A stretch of 64,000 nucleotides of DNA from Lachnospiraceae bacterium UBA6987 (GTDB taxonomy: Bacteria > Bacillota > Clostridia > Lachnospirales > Lachnospiraceae): positions 1,355 to 65,354 of the forward strand of contig DJYD01000046.1 of NCBI GenBank assembly GCA_002449955.1, in the 5' to 3' direction. Of the stretch, positions 18,435 through 27,545 are shown one piece after another. Within the stretch, counting starts at the first letter, position 1; each line of letters starts with the position of its first letter. A program made the position numbers and the translations under genes. The notes under the pieces are model-generated. The model made no database searches. It was not told the DNA's origin and saw only the letters and a program-made list of their open reading frames with translations.

Positions 18435-19403
18435 TTATTTCTTCGTGTAATCGTAGAAGCCCTTGCCGGCGTTGACACCGGTCTCGCCTCTGTCGATCTT
18501 TTCCTTCAGAAGCTTGCCCATCCGGTTTTCAAGCGTGCCTTCCACCTGGGCGGCCGGCTTCATCTGGTTGATGTTGTAGGCAGTCTCAAGGCCGACGATA
18601 TCGAGGATCTGGAACGGGCCGGCGGGGGCGCTGGTCGCAAGTCTCCAGGTCAGGTCGATGGTCTCCGGATCGGCAACGCCGTTTGCCCACAGTGCCTGCG
18701 CGGCGGAGAGGAACGGGACCAGCATGGAGTTCAGGATGTAGCCGGGCTGTTCCTTGTGCAGCTGCAGCGGCACCATGCCGATCGCGGCGGCAAATTCCAC
18801 GACCTTCTGATAGATCGCGGGATCCGTTCCGGGATGGCCCATGACTTCGCCGGTGTTGTTTTTCCAGATGGTGTTGGCAAAGTGCAGTGCGCAGTATTTC
18901 TCCGGACGGCCGGTATACTGCGCAAACATGCTCGGAAGCAGGGTGGAGGAGTTGGTGCAGAGGATGGTATCCTCATCCAGGAGGTCCTTCATGGCGTTGT
19001 ACATGCCGATCTTGGCCTTCGGTTCCTCGGTCATGGATTCGATCACGATATAGGCGCCGGACAGCGCTTTCGCAAGATCCAGTTCGATATGGACCTTTTC
19101 CGCAAAGTTCTTTTTGCCCTCTTCGATCAGGGCATCGATCGCTTCGGCGGTGATCCCCTGCCAGCTGCGGATCAGCCCGCGGGGATAGAGCATGCCGCCG
19201 ATCGGGTTGCCGATCAGGGCTTTTGCTTTTGCCAGGTCTTCCAGCATCAGCGCGGAATAGCGCTCGATCTTCGGCGTGGTCCTGCCGATGGAGCTTTCCG
19301 AGCGAAGCCAGAAGGTCGTATCAAAACCATGATAGGCGCAGATCAGACCGATTTGTGTTCCCAGTACACCGCCTCCGGCGATGACGACTTTCTTGTTTTC
19401 CAT
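18435..19403 (-). CDS. 3-hydroxyacyl-CoA dehydrogenase-family NAD-binding oxidoreductase
   Basis: 322 aa. N-terminal Rossmann motif KVVIAGGGVLGTQIG, and central/C-terminal blocks typical of the HBD/HADH family (FANTIW, GFYDY). GGAGG SD upstream. Confidence 0.8.
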   Translation of the reverse strand: MENKKVVIAGGGVLGTQIGLICAYHGFDTTFWLRSESSIGRTTPKIERYSALMLEDLAKAKALIGNPIGGMLYPRGLIRSWQGITAEAIDALIEEGKKNFAEKVHIELDLAKALSGAYIVIESMTEEPKAKIGMYNAMKDLLDEDTILCTNSSTLLPSMFAQYTGRPEKYCALHFANTIWKNNTGEVMGHPGTDPAIYQKVVEFAAAIGMVPLQLHKEQPGYILNSMLVPFLSAAQALWANGVADPETIDLTWRLATSAPAGPFQILDIVGLETAYNINQMKPAAQVEGTLENRMGKLLKEKIDRGETGVNAGKGFYDYTKK

Positions 19404-19572
19404 GTAGATGCCTCCTGATTTGATTTTGTGTCCGGACGTCTTTTTTTACGCACCCGGACGAGCCTTGCATAACAAGGCTTCGTCTGATATATTGATGTTA
19501 CAATTGTACCAATGAACGGCGGACGCCGCAATATGCCGCCCGGAAAGAGTGACAAAGGAGGAGAAGTGTATC

Positions 19573-20076
19573 ATGCAGCCCGGCCGCGAAAACCTGATGA
19601 ATGAATATATCACGTCGGCGCTGCTACAGCTGATGCAGAGGAAACCCTTCTCCGGGATCTCCGTTACGGAGCTGTGCAAAAAGGCCGGCGTCTCCCGCAT
19701 GTCCTTCTACCGGAACTATGAGAGCAAGGAGGACGTGCTGAAAAAGTGGTGCGCGGAGATCACGGACAAGTTCGTGGCGGAGTCGGGCATCAATTACCGC
19801 CGGGATTCGCTGCGCAGATACTTTGCCACGCTGTTTGCCCATGTGCTGCAATATCGCGAAATGTCCTTCGTGCTGCGCCGGAACGGCCTGCTGTGGATCG
19901 TCAGGGACGATATCGACCGCGTCTTTTTTGAGACGTACAAGGACGTGTACGACGAATACAAAATGCATTTTATCACCGGCGGGATATTCAACGCCTACAC
20001 GCTGTGGGTCGAAAACGGCTTCCGCGAAACGCCGGAAGAACTGGCAGCCCGCTTAAGCGAGATCCTGGAAAAGTAA
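19573..20076 (+). CDS. TetR/AcrR-family transcriptional regulator
   Basis: TetR HTH signature SVTELCKKAGVSRMSFYRNYESKEDVL. The track ORF opens at GTG 19549. ATG 19573 follows an AGGAGG run, so the start is uncertain by 8 codons. Confidence 0.85.
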   Translation: MQPGRENLMNEYITSALLQLMQRKPFSGISVTELCKKAGVSRMSFYRNYESKEDVLKKWCAEITDKFVAESGINYRRDSLRRYFATLFAHVLQYREMSFVLRRNGLLWIVRDDIDRVFFETYKDVYDEYKMHFITGGIFNAYTLWVENGFRETPEELAARLSEILEK

Positions 20077-20130
20077 GGGGAGTACGCCCTCAGGGGGCGA
20101 TGACGATAAAAGGGAAAGCAGGAGGAGAAA

Positions 20131-21669
20131 ATGAACGGGGAGGTGCGGAAGACTTATATTGCCATCGATCTGAAATCGTTCTATGCCTCGGTCGAAGCGG
20201 TCGAGCGCGGGTACGATCCTCTTGACGTGAACCTTGTGGTTGCGGACGAGAGCCGCACCGATAAGACCATCTGCCTTGCGGTCTCGCCGGCCCTGAAGGC
20301 GCACGGGATTTCAGGCCGGGCAAGGCTGTTCGAAGCCAAGGAAGGAATCCGCAGGGTGAACCGCGAGCGCTTAAAGAAGGCTCCGGGAGGGCGCTTTGCG
20401 GAAAAGTCCGTGCTGGCCTCGGAGTTAGCCGCTGATCCCTCACTGGAACTGGACATGGTCGTGGCCACACCGCGCATGCGCTATTACATGGAGTATTCCC
20501 GGAGCATTGTGGAGATCTATCTGAAATATGTGGCAGCAGCAGACCTGCTTGTCTATTCGGTGGATGAGGTCATCATCGATGCGACGGGCTATCTGGACCT
20601 GTATCAGCTGAGCGCGCACGGCTTTGCCATGAAGCTGATCCGGGAGGTGCTGCAGAAAACGCATATTACGGCGACCGCCGGCATCGGTACAAATATGTAT
20701 CTGGCCAAGGTTGCCATGGATATAGAGGCAAAGCATATCCCGCCGGATAAAGACGGGGTACGCATTGCGGAGTTAGATGAGATGAGCTACCGCGAAAAAC
20801 TTTGGTGCCACCGGCCGCTCACCGATTTCTGGCGCGTGGGCAGGGCGACCGCGAAGAAACTGGAGGCGCATGGCCTGTATACGATGGGCGATATTGCGCG
20901 CTGTTCCGAGGGCAGAGAGGATGCCTATTATAACGAGGACCTCCTGTATAAGCTTTTCGGCGTGAATGCCGAGCTGCTGATCGATCATGCCTGGGGCTTT
21001 GAACCGGCGAAAATTGCCGACTGCAAGGCCTATAAGCCGGAGGCAAGGAGCTTATCGGCAGGACAGGTGCTCGGCGAGCCCTATCCGTTTGATAAGGGCA
21101 GGATCATCATTCAGGAGATGGCAGACGGACTGTCTCTGGATCTTGCGGCAAAAGGCCTTCTCACGGATCAGGTGGTGCTGGACGTGAATTACGATACGGA
21201 AAACCTGACAGATCCGAAGCGGGCTGCTGTCTATAAGGGGCCTGTTGTATCGGACTGGTACGGGAGGACTGTGCCGAAACCCGCGCATGGCTCACAGAAT
21301 CTGGAACGGCCGACCTGCTCAACCAGGCAGATCGTTGAAGCTGCGGCAAAGATCTATGACAGAGTGGTGGACAAAAGGCTCCTGTTAAGACGCTTTACAC
21401 TTGCCGTTACGCATCTGATCACGGAAGAAGAGGCCGCCAGGCGGGAGGAAGACAGCCCGGAGCAGCTGGATCTGTTCACGGATTATGAGGCCAGAGAGAA
21501 ACAGAAGAAGATAGAGCAGGAAGAGCTGCAGAAGGAACGGCAGGTACAGAAAGCGCTCTTAAATATCCGGGAACGCTACGGAAAAAATGCCGTGATCCGG
21601 GGACTGAATCTGGAAGAGGGCGCGACGGCTGTGGAACGGAACAGGCAGGTCGGCGGTCATAAGGCATGA
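20131..21669 (+). CDS. Y-family (translesion) DNA polymerase, UvrX/ImpB-like with C-terminal extension
   Basis: 512 aa. N-terminal IAIDLKSFYASVE catalytic motif, SVDEVIID second acidic motif and GIGTNMYLAKVA little-finger region. GGAGGAG SD upstream. Confidence 0.9.
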   Translation: MNGEVRKTYIAIDLKSFYASVEAVERGYDPLDVNLVVADESRTDKTICLAVSPALKAHGISGRARLFEAKEGIRRVNRERLKKAPGGRFAEKSVLASELAADPSLELDMVVATPRMRYYMEYSRSIVEIYLKYVAAADLLVYSVDEVIIDATGYLDLYQLSAHGFAMKLIREVLQKTHITATAGIGTNMYLAKVAMDIEAKHIPPDKDGVRIAELDEMSYREKLWCHRPLTDFWRVGRATAKKLEAHGLYTMGDIARCSEGREDAYYNEDLLYKLFGVNAELLIDHAWGFEPAKIADCKAYKPEARSLSAGQVLGEPYPFDKGRIIIQEMADGLSLDLAAKGLLTDQVVLDVNYDTENLTDPKRAAVYKGPVVSDWYGRTVPKPAHGSQNLERPTCSTRQIVEAAAKIYDRVVDKRLLLRRFTLAVTHLITEEEAARREEDSPEQLDLFTDYEAREKQKKIEQEELQKERQVQKALLNIRERYGKNAVIRGLNLEEGATAVERNRQVGGHKA

Positions 21670-21681
21670 GGGAAACGCAGA

Positions 21682-22119
21682 ATGGAAGCAAGTGAAGCGA
21701 GAAAAAAATACGCGGACATCATTGACAGAGAACACCATGAGTCTGCAAGGCACCCGCGTATGGATAAATTATCGAGGACAGCGCAGTTCTCCCCTTTTGC
21801 GGCCTTAACGGGCTATGATGATATGATTCGTGAGTCTGAGCGTGAAACAGACAGTAGGCCTGAGCTGAATGAGGACAGCAGAGAACTGCTGAACCGCAGG
21901 CTCCTGCAGCTTCTGCGGCATCTTCCCTCGCCGGAGGCAGCCTTTACCTGCTTTGTGCAGGATGATAAAAAGAGCGGCGGCGAAACGGTGACGTTTACCG
22001 GGCGAGCCGTAAAGTATGATGCGTCTGCGGAGTCCATCCTGATGGACAGCGGAAGAAGCATTTTTGTCAGCGATATTCTGCATATCGAGAGTGACGCGCT
22101 GCAGGATGCGCTGTGGTGA
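21682..22119 (+). CDS. YolD-like protein (accessory partner of Y-family polymerases in Firmicutes)
   Basis: 145 aa. The motif RTAQFSPFAALTGYDDMIRE matches the conserved AQF.PFAAL.GY core I recall for YolD-like proteins. Positioned directly after the polymerase, as in yolD/uvrX-type pairs. Confidence 0.7.
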   Translation: MEASEARKKYADIIDREHHESARHPRMDKLSRTAQFSPFAALTGYDDMIRESERETDSRPELNEDSRELLNRRLLQLLRHLPSPEAAFTCFVQDDKKSGGETVTFTGRAVKYDASAESILMDSGRSIFVSDILHIESDALQDALW

Positions 22120-22144
22120 GTTCTGCCTGCAGAGAGGAGGAGAT

Positions 22145-23080
22145 ATGTATCTGGAATCTTTTACGCTTCCCGTGGAGCAGGAAGACAAATTGATCGTAGA
22201 CCGTATGGCAAAGAACGGCAATACGGATGCGAGCCTGACCTGGAAATACGGCTATATCGACAATACCTATCCGTGCGGAATCTTCGGTCCGAAGGCATTT
22301 AAGGAAATCTGGTTCCGGAAGGTCACGATTTTCTACGGCGGGAACGGCTCAGGGAAGAGCACTTTGCTGAACCTGATTGCGGCTAAGCTGGAATTAAAAC
22401 GCATCGCACCGTTTAACTCCAGCGAGCTTTTTGATGCCTACGCGAATGCCTGCCGCTATACGATGGACTTTGACGATGAGGGCTTCCGATACAAGGTCCC
22501 GAATGGTAGCCGCATCATCACGAGTGATGATGTTTTTGATTATATGCTGGCGGTTCGGACGAACAATGCCGAGATCGAAGAAGAGATCGAACGCGGCAAG
22601 GACGAATACAAACGGCTGAAATACGGGGAGACGGTCAAATTTAACAGCATGGAAGACTATGACGCGCTGCGGCTGCAGCTGCTTGCCAGGTCAAAGTCCG
22701 TAAGCAGACGGCGCTTTCTGCGGCGCACCGCCGGGACAGAAGTGCGCCTTGCCAGCAACGGCGAGACAGCACTCGAATATTTTGCACAGAAGCTGCAAAA
22801 TGATACGCTTTACTGCCTGGATGAGCCGGAAAACAGCATGTCGCCGGCCATGCAGCTGGAGCTGCTGCAGATCCTTGCTAAGAAGGCCCGCTACTGCGGA
22901 TGCCAGTTCATCATCGCAACGCATTCGCCCTTCCTGCTGTCGATGGAAGGCGCGAGGATCTATGATCTGGATGCTTCTCCGGTGGAGATCCGGAACTGGT
23001 GGGAACTGGAAAACACGAGGATTTATTACGATTTCTTTGCACGGAATAAAAAACTGTTTGAGGAAGACCGGCAGGGGTGA
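22145..23080 (+). CDS. ABC/SMC-type (AAA_21-like) ATPase, stand-alone
   Basis: The in-frame ATG at 22145 is preceded by AGAGGAGGAG (the track ORF opens earlier, at 22064). Walker A GGNGSGKST, SNGE signature-like loop, Walker B LYCLDEPE and H-loop ATHSPF. No transmembrane or nuclease domain. Confidence 0.8.
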   Translation: MYLESFTLPVEQEDKLIVDRMAKNGNTDASLTWKYGYIDNTYPCGIFGPKAFKEIWFRKVTIFYGGNGSGKSTLLNLIAAKLELKRIAPFNSSELFDAYANACRYTMDFDDEGFRYKVPNGSRIITSDDVFDYMLAVRTNNAEIEEEIERGKDEYKRLKYGETVKFNSMEDYDALRLQLLARSKSVSRRRFLRRTAGTEVRLASNGETALEYFAQKLQNDTLYCLDEPENSMSPAMQLELLQILAKKARYCGCQFIIATHSPFLLSMEGARIYDLDASPVEIRNWWELENTRIYYDFFARNKKLFEEDRQG

Positions 23081-23096
23081 TTCCTCAAACAGTTTT
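23050..23096. terminator. Bidirectional terminator between the ATPase gene and fbp
   Basis: 16-bp perfect inverted repeat AAAACTGTTTGAGGAA ... TTCCTCAAACAGTTTT with a 15-nt loop. It overlaps the ATPase stop codon and has an A-run and T-run on its flanks. Confidence 0.75.
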
Positions 23097-23129
23097 ATGA
23101 GGACCCGCGTTCGTCGCGCTCCTGTAGCG

Positions 23130-25079
23130 TTATTCCCGCTCCGGGATTTCGCCACCGCGGTAGGCTTTGAGCAGATACATGAGATCGATGATATTCTGGC
23201 GGAGCTGCCTTCCGTTGTCGGTGTCGCCCACGGTCACGCGGTCTTCGAAACGGTCGATTAGGGTGGTCTCCGAATGAATATCGTTGCCGGTGCGGATGGC
23301 ATCCTCCGTGGAGGTGAACGGCTCATGCTCCACAAGCTTCATGCCGTGGGAGTTATAGGTCAGCGTGTAGCCGGCAATGCCGGTCGTGGACTGGTAGGCT
23401 CTCGAGAAGCCGCCGTCGATGATCAGAAGCTTGCCGCCGCATTTGATCGGGCTCTCGCCCTTCTTGCGCTTCACGGGCACATGGCCGCTGATGATCTTGC
23501 CGTGCTCCCAGTCAAGACCGAATTCGTCGAAGATACGGCGCACCATGCTTTCGTCTTCGATCAGCTTGTAGTAAGGGATCTTCGGCTCTTCGTGGGTGCT
23601 CTTGTCCAGAATGAACTGCCGCTCGAAGGTGGTCATGCGCTCCTTGCCAAAGAGCGGGCTCCACTCGCCGCTCCAGAGATAATAGATGAGGTCGGTCGCG
23701 TATTCCTTTTCCGGCCCCTCTGCTGCGAAAAACGCCTTGCGGATGTAGGCATCGACCGCATCCAGCAGGGCTTTTCCTTTGTAAGGCTTTCCTTCCAGCA
23801 TCATCGTGTGGAAGCTGCCGTCGGGATCGACCGGGATGCAGGCGTGGTAGAGCAGGTTGCCGTTTATCTTTAAGTACAGGCTGCCCTTGTTTAACAGGAA
23901 GCGGATGTGCCGCTGCAGCTTTTCGCTGTTCTTGAAGGCAAATGAGATCTGATCGATGACAAGCCGCTCACGGACGGTAAGCTCGTAGGGATTCTCACGG
24001 TCGACCGTCGGGAAATCCGTATCCTCCATAGGCCAGACGACGCCGTCCACAGTGACGGTTTTGTTCTCATAATCGATCTTGTCCAGAAGGAGGCGGTGCT
24101 CCATCTCATATTCGGGATGGCGCTTCACCCACTGACCCTCCAGCTTGAACTGCAGGATAGCCGCGGCCTTGTGCATGCGGGCGTCAAGAGTCAGATCCTC
24201 ACCAAGGGAATTCGCGCCGCTCTTCACGGTAAAAGCGTGAAAATCGCTGTCGCCGTATTCGTCGATCGCAAGGCGCATGAGCGGGATCAGGTTAATGCCG
24301 TAGCCGTCCTCGAGGATATCCAGGTTGGCATAGCGGGCGGAAAGCCTGAGGACCGTCGCCACGCAGAGCGGATGGCCGCAGGCGGCGCCGACCCAGATGA
24401 TATCATGGTTGCCCCACTGGATATCCAGGGAGTGATAATGCATCAGGTCTTCCATGATGAAATGCGGGCCTGGACCGCGGTCGTAGATGTCGCCGATCAG
24501 GTGCAGATGGTCCACGGTCAGGCGGATGATCATGCTGGAGAAGGCCATGATGCAGCTTTTCGCCTGTCCGGTCGCGATGATCGCTTCGAGGATGCCTTCA
24601 TAATAGCCGGCCTTGTCCGGAATATCGTTGTCTGTCATGAGTTCTTCGATCAGATAGCGGAACTCCTTGGCAACTGACTTGCGGACCTTGGAGCGGGTGT
24701 ATTTGACCGAAACGCGCCTGGCCACACGGATGAGGCGCAGCAGCTGCATGCGGTACCATTCGTTCATATCCGTGCCGGCTTCTTCAACAAGCGCCATTTT
24801 TTCCTGGGGATAATAAATCAGAGTCGCCAGTTCGGTCTTATCTTCACGGCTCAGCTCGAAGCCGAATTCCAGATCGATCTTGCTGCGAACGCTGCCGGAG
24901 CCGTTTTTCAGGATATGGGCAAACTGCTCGTACTCGCCGTGCACGTCACTGATGAAGTGCTCGGTGCCCTTCGGCAGGTGCAGAATGGAAGTCAGATTGA
25001 TGACTTCTGTCGAGGCTTTGGCAATGCTCGGATACTGATAGGAAAGCGCTTCCAGATAGCGCAGGTCATTTTTGTCCAT
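23130..25079 (-). CDS. fbp: Fructose-1,6-bisphosphatase class 3
   Basis: 649 aa. The N-terminus LRYLEALSYQYPSIAKASTEVINL and the metallophosphoesterase motifs (SDVHGEY, GDIYDRGP, GNHD) are typical of the Firmicutes class-3 FBPase. Confidence 0.93.
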   Translation of the reverse strand: MDKNDLRYLEALSYQYPSIAKASTEVINLTSILHLPKGTEHFISDVHGEYEQFAHILKNGSGSVRSKIDLEFGFELSREDKTELATLIYYPQEKMALVEEAGTDMNEWYRMQLLRLIRVARRVSVKYTRSKVRKSVAKEFRYLIEELMTDNDIPDKAGYYEGILEAIIATGQAKSCIMAFSSMIIRLTVDHLHLIGDIYDRGPGPHFIMEDLMHYHSLDIQWGNHDIIWVGAACGHPLCVATVLRLSARYANLDILEDGYGINLIPLMRLAIDEYGDSDFHAFTVKSGANSLGEDLTLDARMHKAAAILQFKLEGQWVKRHPEYEMEHRLLLDKIDYENKTVTVDGVVWPMEDTDFPTVDRENPYELTVRERLVIDQISFAFKNSEKLQRHIRFLLNKGSLYLKINGNLLYHACIPVDPDGSFHTMMLEGKPYKGKALLDAVDAYIRKAFFAAEGPEKEYATDLIYYLWSGEWSPLFGKERMTTFERQFILDKSTHEEPKIPYYKLIEDESMVRRIFDEFGLDWEHGKIISGHVPVKRKKGESPIKCGGKLLIIDGGFSRAYQSTTGIAGYTLTYNSHGMKLVEHEPFTSTEDAIRTGNDIHSETTLIDRFEDRVTVGDTDNGRQLRQNIIDLMYLLKAYRGGEIPERE

Positions 25080-25180
25080 ATGGATCTCCTCGGGACTTGT
25101 GATACCTTTATTCTATCGTGAAAATGTCCGTTAAGCAAGCGAAATTCATAGGCCGGGCCTTTTTGCTTTTGCAGCAGGAG

Positions 25181-25207
25181 TTGATTTTTTTCGGGGGGGT
25201 TTATAAT
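25181..25207 (+). promoter_or_regulatory. Candidate promoter with T7/G7 homopolymers in the spacer
   Basis: TTGATT (25181-86), spacer TTTTTCGGGGGGGTT (15 nt), perfect TATAAT (25202-07). Lies 38 nt upstream of the GTG start at 25245. Confidence 0.4.
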
Positions 25208-25244
25208 AAATATATCTCAACTGGCAAACAGGAGGACTCGACAA

Positions 25245-27380
25245 GTGAATAAACGCCATGCAAAGATCATTGCTACAGCAATGATGCTGATCTTCGTTCT
25301 CACTGCCTGCGGTCAGGCAGCGCCGGATCCGTCTCAGACGGACAGCAGCATGAAGACAGGGACTGAGGCTGAGACAAAGGGGACAGAGCTTCCCGCCACA
25401 AGTACTTTCGAACCGCTCGGGGATCTTGTACTTACAGTGGATAAACCTTATGTTTCGGAGAATGACAAGGTCGTTTTCAGTGTTCAGATCGGGCAGGAAA
25501 CCTCTTTGCAGGCACCGCTGGAGCTGCTACGGGACGGAGAAAAGATCGGCGAATTGGCTGATGAGGGGGCAAACGGCGATGAGGAAAAGGGCGACGGCGT
25601 TTATTCCCTTCTTCTTGAAAAGCCGGTTCAGAACAGCAAAGCAGCCTCCTTCAGCGCAAGATACGGAGAGCAGCTCAGTGAGAGCCTTTCCGTCAATCTG
25701 TTTACACAGCCGACAGAGGAAGAGATAAAAAAGACACAGGAAGCGCTTGGATCGCTCCGGAAAGAATTAGGAGAGATCACGGTCCAGGATTGGACGGATG
25801 AAAAGAAACACGAGATCGATGATCAACTGAAGAAACTGCAGGACGAAGGTCTCCTCCGGCTCTATACGGTAGATGACGACGGTTTCTATGCGAAGATGGA
25901 GTGCGGTCTGGGAATCATATTTGATCCCGCATCTGAAGGCACACAGTCGTCCGGTGCAGGCTCCGAAGTGCAGATCTGCATTTATGAGGCCACGGATTTT
26001 GGTAAAGAATATCCGAATGAACCGGCTGAGAATATCGACGGCCTTCTTCCGAATTATAAGCTGGGAAAGGTCTACCGGGACAGTGACTGCAGCAGAGAAG
26101 CAATCGAGAATATAAAAGCCAACCAGATGATCCTTTGGAACGGACACGGAACATATAAGAACTCTACTGGGCCGTGTCTTATGCTGGGGGAGGAATTCAG
26201 CTGGGAATTGTTTATAACGGATGCGGAATATTATCTTGCCTGTATTTCGGATATGATGTTGAATGATGTCGGCTATTGGCTTTTCACGGAGAATAGTGGC
26301 CGGGAGTTGTGGAACTATCAGAATGGAAATCTTTGGATAGCGCCCACGTATATCTATATGCACTGCGGCGATATCTCAGGAAGCTTCATCTTCCTTTCCG
26401 CCTGCTACAGTGCGAAAACAGAGCTCCTGGCGTCTTCTTTTATCGCGAAAGGAGCAACTGCAGTTTTCGGTTATACTGACGAGGTGCTGGTTAAATATTC
26501 CGGACCGCTGGAATCCAAAATTTTCCAGAAGCTTACGGAAGTCGATCAAAAGACCAATGATTTCTATACCCTTAAGGAGGCCGTAGCGTTTGCGGCAAAG
26601 GAATGCGGCGCTTCTGACAAAGCCGCAGGCGGTAAGGGTGCAGCACCGAAGATCATCGGCGGTTCAGCTGCTGAAAATTATCGGATTGCCAAAGCCGGTG
26701 CGGTGTCCGGTATCATTACGGATCAAGACGGGAAGACCATAAAGGGCGCTGAGATCTCATTCAAAAGGAGCGATGGAAAAACAGACTATCCGATCTCTTC
26801 GCAGCCGGCATCCGATCAGTCCGGAAAATATGAGGTCTGGCTTCCTCCGACAGAGTTTGTTCTTCAGGTAAAGGCAGATGGATACGAAACTTATTCGGAA
26901 GAGATCAGCATCAGTGATGGTGAAAAGCTGGAAAAGAACATAAAGCTGGCCGAGGTGAAGAAAGGCGAGTGGATCAATACGAATACCTTTAGCTTGTTCT
27001 GTCCGGATGGGTGGACAGCTACTAAAGAATATGACGATACACTCGGTGACAAGGTTTTTTTTCAGGATGCAAAACAGTCTGCCTTTTGGGAGGTCTCGTT
27101 AGATCCTGATAATTACTGGGGAATGTTTGCAGGAACGGGAATGAGTTATGCAAGCAACTATAAAGAAATAGAAATAATTCACCTGGATAATGTATACTAC
27201 CATGGAATGATCTTCGACTTTGAACAGGATGATTGGAGAAGCGTGATCGATTTGTCTGTAGACTACAACGGCGTAAGGTTTTTGGTCGTAGGAGCTATAC
27301 AGGGATCCTCTTCTGATGCTTTGGCCGCTCTGAATGATAAAAACTTCGTTGCGATCCTGAACAGTTTAAAAACAAATTAG
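25245..27380 (+). CDS. Secreted lipoprotein with possible clan-CD-like His/Cys dyad and a carboxypeptidase-regulatory-like beta-sandwich
   Basis: 711 aa with a GTG start after AGGAGG. Lipobox VLTACGQ. Hydrophobic strand plus HG (MILWNGHGT) and hydrophobic strand plus AC (FIFLSACYS). GIITDQDGKTIKGAEISF...GKYEVWLPP...ADGYE is typical of CarboxypepD_reg-like domains. Confidence 0.6.
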   Translation: MNKRHAKIIATAMMLIFVLTACGQAAPDPSQTDSSMKTGTEAETKGTELPATSTFEPLGDLVLTVDKPYVSENDKVVFSVQIGQETSLQAPLELLRDGEKIGELADEGANGDEEKGDGVYSLLLEKPVQNSKAASFSARYGEQLSESLSVNLFTQPTEEEIKKTQEALGSLRKELGEITVQDWTDEKKHEIDDQLKKLQDEGLLRLYTVDDDGFYAKMECGLGIIFDPASEGTQSSGAGSEVQICIYEATDFGKEYPNEPAENIDGLLPNYKLGKVYRDSDCSREAIENIKANQMILWNGHGTYKNSTGPCLMLGEEFSWELFITDAEYYLACISDMMLNDVGYWLFTENSGRELWNYQNGNLWIAPTYIYMHCGDISGSFIFLSACYSAKTELLASSFIAKGATAVFGYTDEVLVKYSGPLESKIFQKLTEVDQKTNDFYTLKEAVAFAAKECGASDKAAGGKGAAPKIIGGSAAENYRIAKAGAVSGIITDQDGKTIKGAEISFKRSDGKTDYPISSQPASDQSGKYEVWLPPTEFVLQVKADGYETYSEEISISDGEKLEKNIKLAEVKKGEWINTNTFSLFCPDGWTATKEYDDTLGDKVFFQDAKQSAFWEVSLDPDNYWGMFAGTGMSYASNYKEIEIIHLDNVYYHGMIFDFEQDDWRSVIDLSVDYNGVRFLVVGAIQGSSSDALAALNDKNFVAILNSLKTN

Positions 27381-27444
27381 AAGATGCCTGTAGTCTGGAG
27401 TGCTTCAAGCGTAAGACTGCCTACTAACACAAATAGTATGATTA

Positions 27445-27484
27445 AAAACTCCTCTACCTGTGGCAGAGGAGTTTTACTGTTTAC
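27445..27484 (+). terminator. Intrinsic terminator of the lipoprotein gene
   Basis: AAAACTCCTCT-acctgtggc-AGAGGAGTTTT hairpin followed by a T-rich tail. Confidence 0.8.
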
Positions 27485-27522
27485 AGATGTCAGATTGTGT
27501 GTTATGATGCCTTTGGGTCTGA

Positions 27523-27545
27523 GGGAGAGTCATCTCCCTTTTTTT
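27523..27545 (+). terminator. Second short hairpin plus T7 (terminator or attenuator-like)
   Basis: GGGAGA-gtca-TCTCCC followed by TTTTTTT. Lies about 15 nt downstream of a promoter-like TTACAG-16-TATGAT. Confidence 0.45.

Noticed and set aside
19404-20130. LexA/Cheo box (GAAC-N4-GTTC) upstream of the Y-family polymerase.
   Set aside because: The only GAAC in the two intergenic stretches (19513-19516) is followed by GGCGGACG, not N4-GTTC. I cannot call an SOS box by eye.
22145-23080. The stand-alone AAA_21-like ATPase, considered as a Septu/PARIS/Gabija-type defence system.
   Set aside because: No partner nuclease (HNH, TOPRIM, OLD-type) follows. The next gene is convergent fbp after a strong terminator. 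It is kept only as part of the polymerase cassette hypothesis.
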